From assembly GCA_036172265.1 (NCBI GenBank), contig JASFBA010000021.1, positions 4,158 through 68,157 of the forward strand: a stretch of DNA of 64,000 nt, read 5' to 3'. Shown here one piece after another: positions 19,569 to 29,600 of this stretch. Below the pieces are notes generated by a model. The model had not been told where the DNA came from. It worked only from the letters and a program-made list of their open reading frames with translations, and made no database searches. The stretch is from Chloroflexia bacterium. Lineage in GTDB: Bacteria > Chloroflexota > Chloroflexia > DTKN01. Positions within the stretch are counted from its first letter, which is position 1. Every line of letters begins with the position of its first letter. A program made the translations under genes and the position numbers.

Positions 19569-20667
19569 ATGAGCGAAGCGAGCGAACTTCTGGAAGGCTT
19601 GCGGAAGCGTCTGGAGACGCTGGGGAGGCATCTTTGACCTGCCGGCTCGGGAGGAAGAACTCCGCCGGCTGGAAGCGCGTACCCTGGAGCCCGGTTTCTG
19701 GGAGGACCCCCGTCAGGCCCAGGAGGTCATGCGCCGGCTGACCCATTTGCGCGAAGAGATCGAAGGGTGGCGGGCCCTTTTCCACCAGTGCGAGGAACTC
19801 CAGGCCCTCCTGGAATTGGCCCAGGCCGAGGACGACGGGGCGATGCTTTCCGAGGTGGAGGCCGAGACCAGGCGGCTGGCCGAGGAGGTGGAACGTCGCG
19901 AACTTCGCCTGATGCTCGGCGGGGAGTACGACGAGGGCGACGCCTTGCTTTCCATTCACGCCGGGGCCGGCGGGACCGACGCCCAGGATTGGGCGGAGAT
20001 GCTCCTGCGGATGTACCTGCGCTGGGCCGAACGCCGGGGCTTTGAGACCGACATCCTGGAGATCGTCCCCGGTGAAGAGGCCGGCATCAAGACGGTGACG
20101 GTGGAAGTTCGCGGCCCTTACGCCTACGGCTATACCCGTCCCGAAGCCGGCGTGCACCGCCTGGTGCGCCTTTCCCCCTTCGATGCAGCCCACCGTCGGC
20201 ATACCTCTTTTGCCTTGGTGGAGGTTGTGCCGGCCCTGGACGATTCCATCGAGGTGAACATCAACCCCGAGGACCTGCGTATCGAGGTCTTTCGCTCGGC
20301 CGGCCACGGCGGCCAGAGCGTCAACACCACCGACAGCGCCGTGCGCATCACCCACCTGCCCACCGGCATCGTGGCCACCTGCCAGAACGAGCGCTCCCAA
20401 CTCCGCAACAAGGAGATGGCGATGAAGGTGTTGCGCTCACGTCTCTACGAACTGGAGAAGCGGAAGCAGGAAGAGGAGCGGGCTCGGCTGAAGGGAGAAC
20501 ACGTCTCGGCCGAATGGGGCAACCAGATCCGCTCCTACGTCCTCCACCCCTATAACCTGGTCAAGGACCTTCGCACCGGCTTCGAGACCAGCAACACGTC
20601 CGCCGTCCTCGACGGGGAACTCGACGGCTTCATTGATGCTTACCTGCGCTGGAAGGTGGGGAAATAG
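19569..20667 (+). CDS. prfB: Peptide chain release factor 2, requiring a +1 programmed ribosomal frameshift (frame 0 19569..19637; frame +1 19636..20667)
   Basis: Frame 0 gives [22 protein letters not shown] then UGA, inside the canonical CTT TGA C context. An SD-like GGGAGG sits 3 nt upstream. The +1 frame continues DLPAREEEL... into the RF2 body (SPQGGQ equivalent GGQ in [11 protein letters not shown]). Confidence 0.9.
19623..19638 (+). promoter_or_regulatory. prfB autoregulatory +1 frameshift site (internal SD GGGAGG + CTT TGA C)
   Basis: Sequence GGGGAGGCATCTTTGAC. This is the classic RF2 recoding signal. Confidence 0.85.
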
Positions 20668-21171
20668 TTACTGTCCGCAATAGGGGCAAACCGTCCAGGT
20701 CAGGTCCATCAGCCGGCCGCAGGCCGGACACTTCTTTCGAAGCGGAGTATGACAGTGGGGGCAGAGGACAAAGTCCGCCTCCACTCCCCGCTGGCAGGTG
20801 GGACAGACGGGACGCTCCTCGATGTCCTGCATAATATATTCCCGCTCCAGGGCACGGGCATAGCCCTCGGCCAGGGTCTCCCGGGGGCGGAAGAGGAGGT
20901 AAAGCCAGTAACCCGGCAGAAAGAGAAGGAGGACCAGCAGGGTGGCCAGGAGTTGCGCCGGCAGGCTCTCGCTGCGGGCACGGATGTCCTGATAAGTCCA
21001 AACCACCAGGCCCAGCCAAACGATGGCCAGATAAATCCCCAGGACGTAGCCGACGATCTCCAAAATGGGCAGGGCACGGGCCAGGAAAAGTTGAACCTCG
21101 GGCGGAAGGGGCGACGTCGCCGTCACCGTGCCGGTAACACTTTGTGCCAGATGCAAACTCCAGGGATCCAT
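20668..21171 (-). CDS. Membrane protein with C-terminal double zinc ribbon (DZR)
   Basis: Two TM helices followed by CPTC...CPHC...CPAC...CPYC. AAGGAGG RBS before the ATG at 21171. The ORF-track start 21219 is probably too long. Its stop codon abuts the prfB stop (convergent). Confidence 0.65.
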   Translation of the reverse strand: MDPWSLHLAQSVTGTVTATSPLPPEVQLFLARALPILEIVGYVLGIYLAIVWLGLVVWTYQDIRARSESLPAQLLATLLVLLLFLPGYWLYLLFRPRETLAEGYARALEREYIMQDIEERPVCPTCQRGVEADFVLCPHCHTPLRKKCPACGRLMDLTWTVCPYCGQ

Positions 21172-21193
21172 AAGAGCAAGCCTCCTTGGTCGC

Positions 21194-21535
21194 TCAGGCC
21201 AGGTGCCGCCACGCCTCAATCGGCAGGATGAAGACGTGTGCGCCGCCGACCTGCACCTCCACCGGGGCTGGAGGAAAGAGCCCGCCCGTCTCCAGGAGCG
21301 GGGAAACCGGGCTCAGGTAACGGGTACGGGCATGGCAATGGGTTCGGATCACCTCCAGGGCCTTTTCGACGGCCCCCTCATCCACAGCCAGGAGAAGGGT
21401 ATCGTTGGCCTCCATCAGGAAGCCGCCTACGCTGGCCACATGGGTGAAGTTAAAACCGGCTTCCGCCAGCGCCCGGTTCAGGTCCTCCAGGTCCCGCCGC
21501 TGAATGATGACGATAAGGAGTTTCAGGGCCACCAT
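21194..21535 (-). CDS. darA: PII-like cyclic-di-AMP receptor, DarA/YaaQ (DUF970) family
   Basis: 113 aa, alignable to B. subtilis DarA: LIVAIVQ...L..AGF..T...S.GGFL..GNTT...V.D..V..AL.VI...C......PVSP......PVEV.VGGA.VF.LP.E. Confidence 0.7.
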   Translation of the reverse strand: MVALKLLIVIIQRRDLEDLNRALAEAGFNFTHVASVGGFLMEANDTLLLAVDEGAVEKALEVIRTHCHARTRYLSPVSPLLETGGLFPPAPVEVQVGGAHVFILPIEAWRHLA

Positions 21536-23199
21536 TACCCCCTTTCTTCCCGGCGAAAGATGTGCACCCGGCGTTTGGGCTCCTGCCCCTGGCTGGCCGA
21601 GGCCAGGCGGTAGCGCTCGATCATCTGGTGTTGCAGCCGGCGGACGTAGGCATTTTGGGGAGCGAGTTCCACCTCTTCCCGTTCGCCGCTGAGCACCTGC
21701 CGGATGGCCTCCTCCGTCTCCTGCAGGGCTCGCAGCACCTCTTCTCCGGCGGGCCCCCGGCGCTCGGAGAGGAGGTGCAGGCAGTTCTCCATCTGTGCGG
21801 CGGTATTGGCCTTGAGGACGTAGACGGGGATGCCGGCCTCTTCGGCCTCACGCAGCCGGCGGGGGGACTGGCGATAATACCCTTGGAGGGTAACCACGGC
21901 CTGGGCCTGGGCCAGTTCATCTACCAGGACAACCGGCATTTGGAGCAGGCGGGCAGCCCGGGCCAGGCGCTTCCGGTTGACTCCAAAGGGATAGATGCGC
22001 AGGGGCGTGTCGGGAGGGGGTGGAACGGCCTCCTTTTCCTCCCTTCTTGCGGCCGGCGGACGCTCCTCCCTTCGAGGCAGGATTCGGCGGCCGGCCTCGG
22101 CGTGGCGCCTTTCCAAACCGCCGCCGAAGTAATCCCGCTCGACCCAGTGCTCGATCTGGCCGTCCTCGCGGCGATGGCGAATCTCCGCCGGAGCCGGGAA
22201 GCCCCGCAGGAGCGAATCCACCACTTCAGCCACGTTGCGGTGGACGGCTACCGTGTCCCAGTCCTGAATCTCCACCACGATGTCAAAGGTCGGCGGGGCC
22301 TTGCGTTCCAGGACGGTCTTCTGCGTCCCTCGCCGGCGGGCCTCCTCGTCGCCCAGCGTCACCGGCTGGATGCCCCCGATGAGGTCGGAGAGGGTCGGGT
22401 TGAGCATGAGGTTCTCCAGGGTATTGCCGTGGGCCGTGGCCACCAGTTGGACGCCCCGTTCGGCGATGGTGCGGGCCGCCGCCGCCTCCAGTTCGGTGCC
22501 GATCTCGTCAATGATGATGACCTCGGGCATATGGTTTTCCACCGCCTCGATCATCACGGCGTGCTGGCGGTCAGGGCTGGGCACTTGCATCCGGCGGGCC
22601 CGGCCGATGGCCGGGTGGGGGATGTCGCCGTCGCCGCCGATCTCGTTGGAGGTATCCACGATAATGACCCGCTTGCGAAAGTCGTCGGCCAGCACGCGGG
22701 CCACCTCGCGCAGCATAGTCGTCTTGCCCACCCCGGGCCGGCCCAGGAGGAGGATGCTCTGCCCTGTCTCGATGAGGTCCTGGATGACGGCGATCGTCCC
22801 GTAGACGGCCCGTCCCACCCGGCAGGTCAGACCGATGATGCGGCCGTCGCGGCTCCGGATGGCGGAGATGCGGTGCAGAGTGCGGGCGATCCCGGCGCGG
22901 TTATCGCCGCTGAAGAGGCTGATGCGGGCCAGGACGTAATCCAGGTCCTCCTGGGAGACCTCCTTTTCGCTGAGGACGACCTCGCGGCCCGGGAAGCGGG
23001 CTTCCGGAGGCCGGCCCAGGTCCAGCACAATCTCCAGGAGTTCGCTCAGTTCGGGATCCTGGCGCAGGGGACCGTGGAGACGTGGAGGCACGGCTTCCAG
23101 GAGGGCCTCCAGGTCATCGGTCACTCGTTTCTGGGCCACCGGGAGTTCCGGCGGGTCCAGCGCCACCTTTTCTTTTCGAACGGTTAACGGAACCTTCAT
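21535..23199 (-). CDS. R3H-domain AAA ATPase (Ycf45/SpoIIIAA-like)
   Basis: Walker [13 protein letters not shown] and Walker B IIIDEIG. C-terminal R3H-like nucleic-acid-binding region. 554 aa. Overlaps darA by 1 nt and the upstream gene by 4 nt, forming an operon. Confidence 0.7.
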   Translation of the reverse strand: MKVPLTVRKEKVALDPPELPVAQKRVTDDLEALLEAVPPRLHGPLRQDPELSELLEIVLDLGRPPEARFPGREVVLSEKEVSQEDLDYVLARISLFSGDNRAGIARTLHRISAIRSRDGRIIGLTCRVGRAVYGTIAVIQDLIETGQSILLLGRPGVGKTTMLREVARVLADDFRKRVIIVDTSNEIGGDGDIPHPAIGRARRMQVPSPDRQHAVMIEAVENHMPEVIIIDEIGTELEAAAARTIAERGVQLVATAHGNTLENLMLNPTLSDLIGGIQPVTLGDEEARRRGTQKTVLERKAPPTFDIVVEIQDWDTVAVHRNVAEVVDSLLRGFPAPAEIRHRREDGQIEHWVERDYFGGGLERRHAEAGRRILPRREERPPAARREEKEAVPPPPDTPLRIYPFGVNRKRLARAARLLQMPVVLVDELAQAQAVVTLQGYYRQSPRRLREAEEAGIPVYVLKANTAAQMENCLHLLSERRGPAGEEVLRALQETEEAIRQVLSGEREEVELAPQNAYVRRLQHQMIERYRLASASQGQEPKRRVHIFRREERG

Positions 23200-24146
23200 A
23201 TTTTCCCCAAAGACGGCGTGCTCGGTGCCGTTCCAAGAGGTGCCCCGGCCCGACGGCCGAGAAGCGTCTGACGTTGCTCCACCCGCACGGCCAGGCTTTT
23301 GGCCAGGAGGATCTGCTCGGCGTAGGGCCGGAAACCCAGACGGCGGGCCACTTCCACAAGTTCGCCCTGGTAAGAGCGTAGGACCAGGTAGACGGGGGGA
23401 GAGGCCTGTTGCAACCCCCAGGCGAGGATGGCCAGGGCTTGCTGGCGAAAGGCCGGCTCCAGGAGCACTTCCATCCGGCTGCCCCGGCTTCCCCGGGCGC
23501 AGCGCAGGTAGGCCCGGACGCGGTCCTGTTCCGGCCAGACCCAGGCCGTCTCCCCCGGGCCGGCCTGCCAGAAGGCCGGCTCCTGGCTTTCCACCTGCTG
23601 GACGATGGGCGGAGTCAGACCGGCATACAGCCCCTGCACCGCCGCCAAGGTATCGGGCTGGAGAGGACGGGGCTCCAGGTGGAAATGGGCCTCCGGCCGG
23701 CCGCTTTCCTCCCAGAGAAGGACCATCTCCTGGGCGTAAGGGGAAAAACCGGCCCGCTGGAAAAGTTCCAGGTATTCCTCTTCCGGCAAGCGGGCCAGCA
23801 AGCGCACCTGCCCCCGCCGGCCGGCCTCCATCCCCAGACTGCGCAGGAGTTCCTCCCAGGCCTCGTCAGCCGTTTCCACGGCAGCCCACAGCCCCAGGTA
23901 GCCGATTTCCCAGGTTCCCTGCAGCCGGCCTTCCCGAGCCTGGGCACAGGCCAGAAGTTTTCCCTCTTCGCAGCAAAGCAGGGTGCAAGACGACCTCCCC
24001 AGATGCAGGAAAGAGGTCAGCAGGCCGCGCCAGGGGTGGTAGGAAAAGACGAGTTGCTGCACCAGGTCCAGGTGCAGGGATACCTGGGGAGGTATGCCCA
24101 GCGGTACCAGGTCCAGCAAAGTGGCCGGCCGAATCTGCCGTTCCAT
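23196..24146 (-). CDS. Hypothetical protein with two GNAT-like halves
   Basis: Internal duplication (…[21 protein letters not shown]… / …[21 protein letters not shown]…) resembling acetyltransferase C-termini. Coding-like composition. Confidence 0.5.
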   Translation of the reverse strand: MERQIRPATLLDLVPLGIPPQVSLHLDLVQQLVFSYHPWRGLLTSFLHLGRSSCTLLCCEEGKLLACAQAREGRLQGTWEIGYLGLWAAVETADEAWEELLRSLGMEAGRRGQVRLLARLPEEEYLELFQRAGFSPYAQEMVLLWEESGRPEAHFHLEPRPLQPDTLAAVQGLYAGLTPPIVQQVESQEPAFWQAGPGETAWVWPEQDRVRAYLRCARGSRGSRMEVLLEPAFRQQALAILAWGLQQASPPVYLVLRSYQGELVEVARRLGFRPYAEQILLAKSLAVRVEQRQTLLGRRAGAPLGTAPSTPSLGKI

Positions 24147-24150
24147 TCCC

Positions 24151-24726
24151 CTACCCCGTCATCTCCAGGAAATAACGATGGAAACGCTCATCTTCGGTCA
24201 ATTCCGGGTGAAAGGCCGTCCCCAGGAGTCGGCCCTGTTGCACGGCCACCACCCGCCCATCCTCCAGGCGGGCCAGGACCTCCACCTCCGGCCCGCATTC
24301 CTGCACGTAGGGGGCACGGATAAAGACCCCCCGGAAGGGCGGCGGGGCCAAGCGCTCCACCTCCAGGTCGGCCTCGAAACTATCCAACTGCCGGCCGAAG
24401 CCGTTGCGCACCACGACCACATCCAGGAGGCCCAGGAGGGGCTGGTCGGGGACGCCGCCCAGGGCGGTGCGGGCCAGGAGGATCAGCCCGGCGCAGGTGC
24501 CCCAGATCGGCTTCCCCTGGCGGGCCAGGGTGCGGATGGCCTCGTCCAGGCGGTAGGCTACTGCCAGTTTGCCGATGGTTGTGCTCTCCCCGCCCGGAAG
24601 GATCAGGCCGTCCAGCCCTTCCATGTGCTCCGGCAGGCGAACCTCCTGAGCCTCCACCCCGATGCGCCGGAGCATAGCGATGTGCTCCTGGAAATCGCCC
24701 TGCAGGGCCAGGACACCGATTCGCAT
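24151..24726 (-). CDS. pdxT: Pyridoxal 5'-phosphate synthase glutaminase subunit PdxT
   Basis: [15 protein letters not shown]...GTCAG (catalytic Cys) ...FHPE. Confidence 0.9.
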   Translation of the reverse strand: MRIGVLALQGDFQEHIAMLRRIGVEAQEVRLPEHMEGLDGLILPGGESTTIGKLAVAYRLDEAIRTLARQGKPIWGTCAGLILLARTALGGVPDQPLLGLLDVVVVRNGFGRQLDSFEADLEVERLAPPPFRGVFIRAPYVQECGPEVEVLARLEDGRVVAVQQGRLLGTAFHPELTEDERFHRYFLEMTG

Positions 24727-24746
24727 ACGCCTCCTCCGTACCTATC

Positions 24747-25631
24747 CTACCATCCCCGGCCGGCCAGTCGCTCTGTGGCCGGAATGGCGGAGATCTCCAG
24801 GCCGGGCATGGCCTCGCCCAGTCCCCGGGAGACCTCGGCGATGATGGCCGGGTCACGGAAGTGGGTGGTGGCGGCGACGATGGCTTTGGCCCGGCGGAAG
24901 GGGTCGCTGCTCTTGAAGATGCCCGATCCCACAAAGACTCCGTCCATGCCGAGTTGCATCATCAGGGCCGCGTCGGCCGGCGTAGCGATGCCGCCGGCGG
25001 CAAAGTTGACCACGGGCAGCCGGCCGGTGCGGGCCACCTCCACCACCAGTTCATAGGGGGCGCCCATCTCCTTGGCCGCATGCATCAGTTCCTCGGGGGC
25101 CATGCTCTGCAGCCGGCGGATCTCCCCCAGGACGGCCCGGGCGTGGCGCACGGCCTCGACGATGTTGCCGGTGCCGGCCTCGCCCTTGGTGCGGATCATC
25201 GCCGCCCCTTCAGCAATGCGGCGCAGCGCCTCCCCCAGGTTACGGCAGCCGCAGACAAAGGGCACCCGGAAGGCGTGTTTGTCAATGTGATGCTCCTCAT
25301 CGGCAGGGGTAAGTACCTCGCTTTCGTCAATGTAATCCACCCCCAACGCCTCCAACACCTGCGCCTCGACAAAGTGGCCGATACGGCACTTGGCCATCAC
25401 CGGGATGCTCACGGCATCCATAATCTTCAGGATGAGTTCGGGATCGCTCATCCGGGCCACGCCCCCATGGGTCCGGATGTCGGCCGGCACACGCTCCAAG
25501 GCCATCACCGCCACCGCGCCGGCCTCCTCTGCGATTCGGGCATGCTCCGGGGTGACCACGTCCATAATCACGCCCCCCTTGAGCATCTGGGCCAGCCCGA
25601 CCTTGGTCCTCCAGGTAGACTTTTCCATCAT
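24747..25631 (-). CDS. pdxS: Pyridoxal 5'-phosphate synthase lyase subunit PdxS
   Basis: [15 protein letters not shown]...[10 protein letters not shown]...[13 protein letters not shown] are hallmark PdxS motifs. Confidence 0.95.
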   Translation of the reverse strand: MMEKSTWRTKVGLAQMLKGGVIMDVVTPEHARIAEEAGAVAVMALERVPADIRTHGGVARMSDPELILKIMDAVSIPVMAKCRIGHFVEAQVLEALGVDYIDESEVLTPADEEHHIDKHAFRVPFVCGCRNLGEALRRIAEGAAMIRTKGEAGTGNIVEAVRHARAVLGEIRRLQSMAPEELMHAAKEMGAPYELVVEVARTGRLPVVNFAAGGIATPADAALMMQLGMDGVFVGSGIFKSSDPFRRAKAIVAATTHFRDPAIIAEVSRGLGEAMPGLEISAIPATERLAGRGW

Positions 25632-25716
25632 CGTTCACCTCCTTGCGCACCGTTGCGCCCAACCCTGACGACATCCCTGTCGTTCCGCCCAAAGGTGTGG
25701 GCCGCGTTCTTTTTTT

Positions 25717-25745
25717 ATTATACTACACCCCGACCCAACCTGCAA
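25717..25745 (-). promoter_or_regulatory. Putative sigma70 promoter of the pdxS operon (-35 TTGCAG, 17 bp, -10 TATAAT)
   Basis: Read on the minus strand: TTGCAGgttgggtcggggtgtagTATAAT. Leaves an ~85-nt 5' UTR. Confidence 0.5.
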
Positions 25746-25812
25746 CTGGCCCTGTAAGGGAAAGTCGAGTTTATGTAGAAAAGGACAGGAGCGGACGGGA
25801 AAGGTAGCGTGA

Positions 25813-26460
25813 TTACAGACGATAGGGGCAACCCTCCCGGCGAGGACAGCGGGTACAGGCCGGTCCGGGGAAGGGAATCTCCCCTTCTCTCCCAACGGGT
25901 ATGGCTTCGGAGACCGATTTCAGGGGGTACATCACGCCCTGTTCGTTCAGGCGGACGCCGATGCGTTCGGGCCGCAGGAGGGCGAAGAGGAGGCGCTGGT
26001 CTTCCAGGGGCCAATCGTCCTGTCCAGGGGAGAAGGGGCAACCCAGGGCCAGTCCCTGGCGAGCCAGTTGGGGGGCTAGATAGCGGTGAAAGGCCTCGGC
26101 CAGTTCCAGGAGGGCGATCGTTCCCAGCGTATCCAGGAGGAAGGCGTGGAGGGGCTGGCCCTGTTGGTTCCACCTGTGGCAACGTTTTTCCAGACGTGGG
26201 CCGATGGTGTAGACGGCCAGGAGGAGCCGGCCGGAGGGTGGGAGGGTGTGGCCCAGTTGGGGGCTGTGGAGGAGGTGGCCGGCGAGGAGGGGGCCCTGGG
26301 GGGTCAGGTCCTGCAGGGGGAAAATACGGTACACGGCCCGCGGAGAGAGGAGAGGGCCGGCCTCGGCCAGGGTCTCGGCCAGGAGGCCGGCCGGCCATTT
26401 TTCCCGCCAGGGCAGACGTTCCGGCGAAAGGGTCAGAAAGCGCGATTTCCAGATAGGCAA
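25813..26460 (-). CDS. Hypothetical protein with Cys-rich C-terminus (CTRCPRREGCPY)
   Basis: Coding-like frame. The ORF-track version (to 26907) runs antisense across tRNA-Cys and its promoter. I truncated it to the first plausible start (TTG 26460, GGGGGTG SD-like upstream). Function and exact start are uncertain. Confidence 0.4.
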   Translation of the reverse strand: MPIWKSRFLTLSPERLPWREKWPAGLLAETLAEAGPLLSPRAVYRIFPLQDLTPQGPLLAGHLLHSPQLGHTLPPSGRLLLAVYTIGPRLEKRCHRWNQQGQPLHAFLLDTLGTIALLELAEAFHRYLAPQLARQGLALGCPFSPGQDDWPLEDQRLLFALLRPERIGVRLNEQGVMYPLKSVSEAIPVGREGEIPFPGPACTRCPRREGCPYRL

Positions 26461-26474
26461 CGGGACACCCCCAC

Positions 26475-26503
26475 TTGACAAAGACGGCCGGTTGTGGTAT
26501 AAA
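26475..26503 (+). promoter_or_regulatory. Sigma70 promoter of tRNA-Cys (-35 TTGACA, 17-bp spacer, -10 TATAAA)
   Basis: TTGACAaagacggccggttgtggTATAAAaataataa followed by the tRNA 5' end at 26512. Confidence 0.75.
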
Positions 26504-26511
26504 AATAATAA

Positions 26512-26582
26512 GGCGACGTAGACAAGTGGCAAGGCAGGGGTCTGCAAAACCCCGATCAGCGGTTCGAATCCGCTCGTCGCCT
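26512..26582 (+). tRNA. tRNA-Cys (anticodon GCA)
   Basis: Manual fold. Acceptor GGCGACG/CGTCGCC, anticodon stem GGGGT/ACCCC with loop CUGCAAA (GCA), T-arm AGCGG-TTCGAAT-CCGCT, discriminator U. 71 nt, no encoded CCA, short D-arm as in other tRNA-Cys. Confidence 0.85.
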
Positions 26583-26595
26583 TCAGTATTATACC

Positions 26596-26630
26596 AGATG
26601 GGGGGCGACTCATTAGGTCGCCCCCCATCT
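26596..26630. terminator. Bidirectional intrinsic terminator hairpin (14-bp perfect stem AGATGGGGGGCGAC / GTCGCCCCCCATCT, 7-nt loop)
   Basis: Lies between the tRNA-Cys 3' end (+) and the stop of the convergent 1383-aa gene (-). Confidence 0.7.
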
Positions 26631-26654
26631 TTCCCCGGCCTATTCTGGTTACTC

Positions 26655-29600
26655 CTATGGGAAGGAGTAGCCCTTGAGCGTCAGCGGCAGGTAGATGACA
26701 TAGGGCCAGATGACCCGGATGGCCTTCCGGACCGTCTGATGGCTGCAGGCGTTCTCCGCCGTCAGGGTCACGGCGTAGGTGTTGGAGATGGTGTAGGTAT
26801 GGGTCACCACCCGGCCGGCCGCCGTCCCCCTGTCGCCAAAGGCCCAGGTGTAGGTGATCGGCTCGCTGCCCTGCTCTACGCTTCCGGTGAAGGTGATGAC
26901 CTGCCACGGATGGGGCTGAGGCGGAGCGTAGGTAAAGTCCGTCCCGCTAATGGGGATGCAGGCAGTGGTTACCACCAGCGTCACCTCCACCCAGACGTGC
27001 GGCTCATCCGGGTCGTTGCTGGTCACATCCAGGGTGGTGGTGTAGGTGCCCGTGACCAGCCCGGTGGCGTCAAAGGCGACCTGCACCGTCTCCTGTCCAG
27101 AGGGCGGGATGACTCCACCGGTGGGCGTCTCGTCCAACCAGGTGACGACGGGCACCTCGGCCAGGCTCCAGTCCAGGATTTCCTCGCCCACGTTGCGGAT
27201 GGTGAGGGTGCGGGTCGTCGTCCCGCCGGGGTTGAGGACGGCGCTCAGCGCCAGGGGAGATACTTCGATGTCGGGGACACCCAGGACCTCGACAGAAGTG
27301 GTGCGGGTGAAGGGGGCGTGGACGCCGTCATCAATCCAGACCAGGTTGGTGAGAACGGTGCCGGTCGGCACATCCAGGACACGGGCTTGGAAGGGCAGCG
27401 AAACCGAGGGCGAAACGCCCCCGCTCCAGAGGAGGAGGCCGTCCGTATAGACCATGCCGGGCGGTAGGGTCTCGGTGAGCACGGTCGTCTGGGTCGGCAC
27501 GACGTCGGTGATGGTGACCCAGGCCTCGATCTCGCCCACGTTGATGAGGCGGATGGTGAAGGTGAGCACCTCGCCGGGATGCACGTAGAAGCGGTCGGCC
27601 TCCTTGAGGGAAGGGGTCAGGTCTGGCTCGGGCGCCGGGCGGGTGGTGAAGGACCAGGTGTACTCGGCGCACATCGGCCAGCCCTCGGCGCTCTGGATGC
27701 CGGTGGTCAGGTGGGCAATGTAGGTAGTCCCATAGGCCAGCGGTGCCGAAGGCGTGAAGATGGCCGTATAGGTGGCCGGGTCGTAGCCTACACTGCCGGA
27801 GACCAGGCCCATCGGTCCCTCCAGGAAGAAGGTGCTCGTGTTCACCGTGGAGGGGTTGAGGGCGATGTTGAAGGTGGCGGTGACCAGGGTGGAGATGGGC
27901 ACGCCTGTCGCACCGTCGGCCGGCCCGACGCTCCGAACGGTGGGGGCGAGGGCGATGTCGGCATCGTAGCGCGGCTCAAGTTTGAAGTTGTTGTAGGTGT
28001 AGAAGAGGACGCCGCGGACGGTGTAGAGGACGTCGCCCAGTCGCGGGACGTAGGTGTACTGCCCCATATCGTCCACGCGGGCCATGACGCCGCTCGCGTC
28101 GGCGATGCCCCACTCGCCATAGCCCAGGTCCGGGTTCACCACCGTGGCGCAGCGCACCTCCACCAGGACGCTCTCCAGCGGCTCGGCCTGCTGGGGGTTG
28201 CCGGTGGTGATGGCGGCGGTGGTGGTGAGCACGGGGAACGGCGGCCACCAGTCCATCAGCACCCGGAAGTAGTCAATGTTGCCCAGTTCGGTCATGCCGT
28301 AGTATTCGGTTACCGTCCCGCCCAGGACCAGGACCTGGCTTTCCGTGACCACCCGGCCGGGGTCGTAGACGAAGAGGCCCTGCCAGGGGCCGTACTCGCC
28401 GAGGCTGCCGAGGACATAGCGCACCGGGTTGCCGGCCGAGGGATAGGCCTGGGAATCGGCTACCACGATGCCTATCACGTAGACGTGCTCCCCTACGTGG
28501 CGCGAAGGCCAGGTGCCGGTCATCACCGAGGGGGCCTGCACTTCCCAGATCGGCATGGGGAGGTCGGTATCCCAGTAGGCATAGTTGTTGTTCGGGTCGG
28601 TGTCGTTGCTGGAGGTGATCCAGACCTGGTTGCGCACCGTCCAGGTCATGGGGTCGGTGCTCACCTGGCCGTAGACGATGAAGGAAGCGGTGGCACTGAC
28701 CGTACCCAGTTCCCAGACCAGGGTGTTGGAAATGATCGTCGGCGTGACCGGAGCCGTGTCGCTTATATAGAGGACGGCAGCCGGGAGGACGTCGGTGATG
28801 ACCACGTTCAGGGCCGGATCGCCCATTTGCTCGTAGGTCAGGGTGTAGGAGATTGGTCCGCCCGGCGTGCTGAAGACCGTTCCGGTTTTGGCGATGCCGA
28901 TTTCGGAACCGACTACCTGGCTGACCAGAATGTCCTGGTTGTTATTCGGGACGGTGTCCCCGGTGCAGGTCACCCCGACGGTGTTGGTCAGGAGGGTGCC
29001 AAAGGGCAGGTCGCCGACCTGGGCCTGGAGCCAGATGGTGTTGCTCATCAGGCCGGAAAGGCTGCCGCCGTCAAAGACCACCGTGGGGGTAACCTGGGTC
29101 AGGGTGATGGGGAGATAGGAAGTGAAGGTGACGAAGGCAACCCCACCGGGCAGGGTATCGGTGATGACGATGTTATAGCCGGGGCCCATGGCCTGCATCG
29201 TGTAGGAGAGGGTGTAGGTGATGAGGGAGTTGGGGGATACAAAGGCCGGCCCGGACTTGTCCACGGCGATGTCCACGGAGCAGTTCGAGCGACCTAGCGT
29301 TTCAGGGAAGTCCATCCAGGTCGTGCCGCCGCCGGAGGTGGCCCAGTCGTAGCCGTCGTGGGGGCCTTCCCCGTCGCAGACGCGCTGGAAGGTATTGTCC
29401 TCATATTCGTTGTACCATCCGATCTGGTCCACCCGGGTACGGTCGGGGAGGAAGAGGTAGCCCACGTCGAGGGAGGAAAAGTCCATGACGATGGTCCAGT
29501 CCACCGTCTCCTCCAGGACGACCCAGCCGCCGGGCGGGACAATGGGGTGGGTAACGATGACGGCTACGGCGTCGCCGTCGGAGAGGTACCACCCATTCAT

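Noticed and set aside
25813-26907. 364-aa minus-strand ORF from the track
   Set aside because: Its N-terminal about 150 codons run antisense across tRNA-Cys (26512..26582) and its TTGACA/TATAAA promoter. I kept only a truncated 25813..26460 version, at low confidence.
27579-29297. Long antisense ORFs, for example 27579..29297(+), 29358..30797(+), 55511..57853(+), 47540..49213(-), 9613..10935(-), 32905..34299(-), 34163..35464(-), 21562..23187(+)
   Set aside because: Each is fully overlapped on the opposite strand by a gene with unambiguous homology (giant secreted protein, P-type ATPase, GlyRS, PolA, ClpX, SMC, R3H ATPase). The translations are Arg/Gly/Pro/Ala-rich with low complexity, which is typical of high-GC stop-codon depletion.
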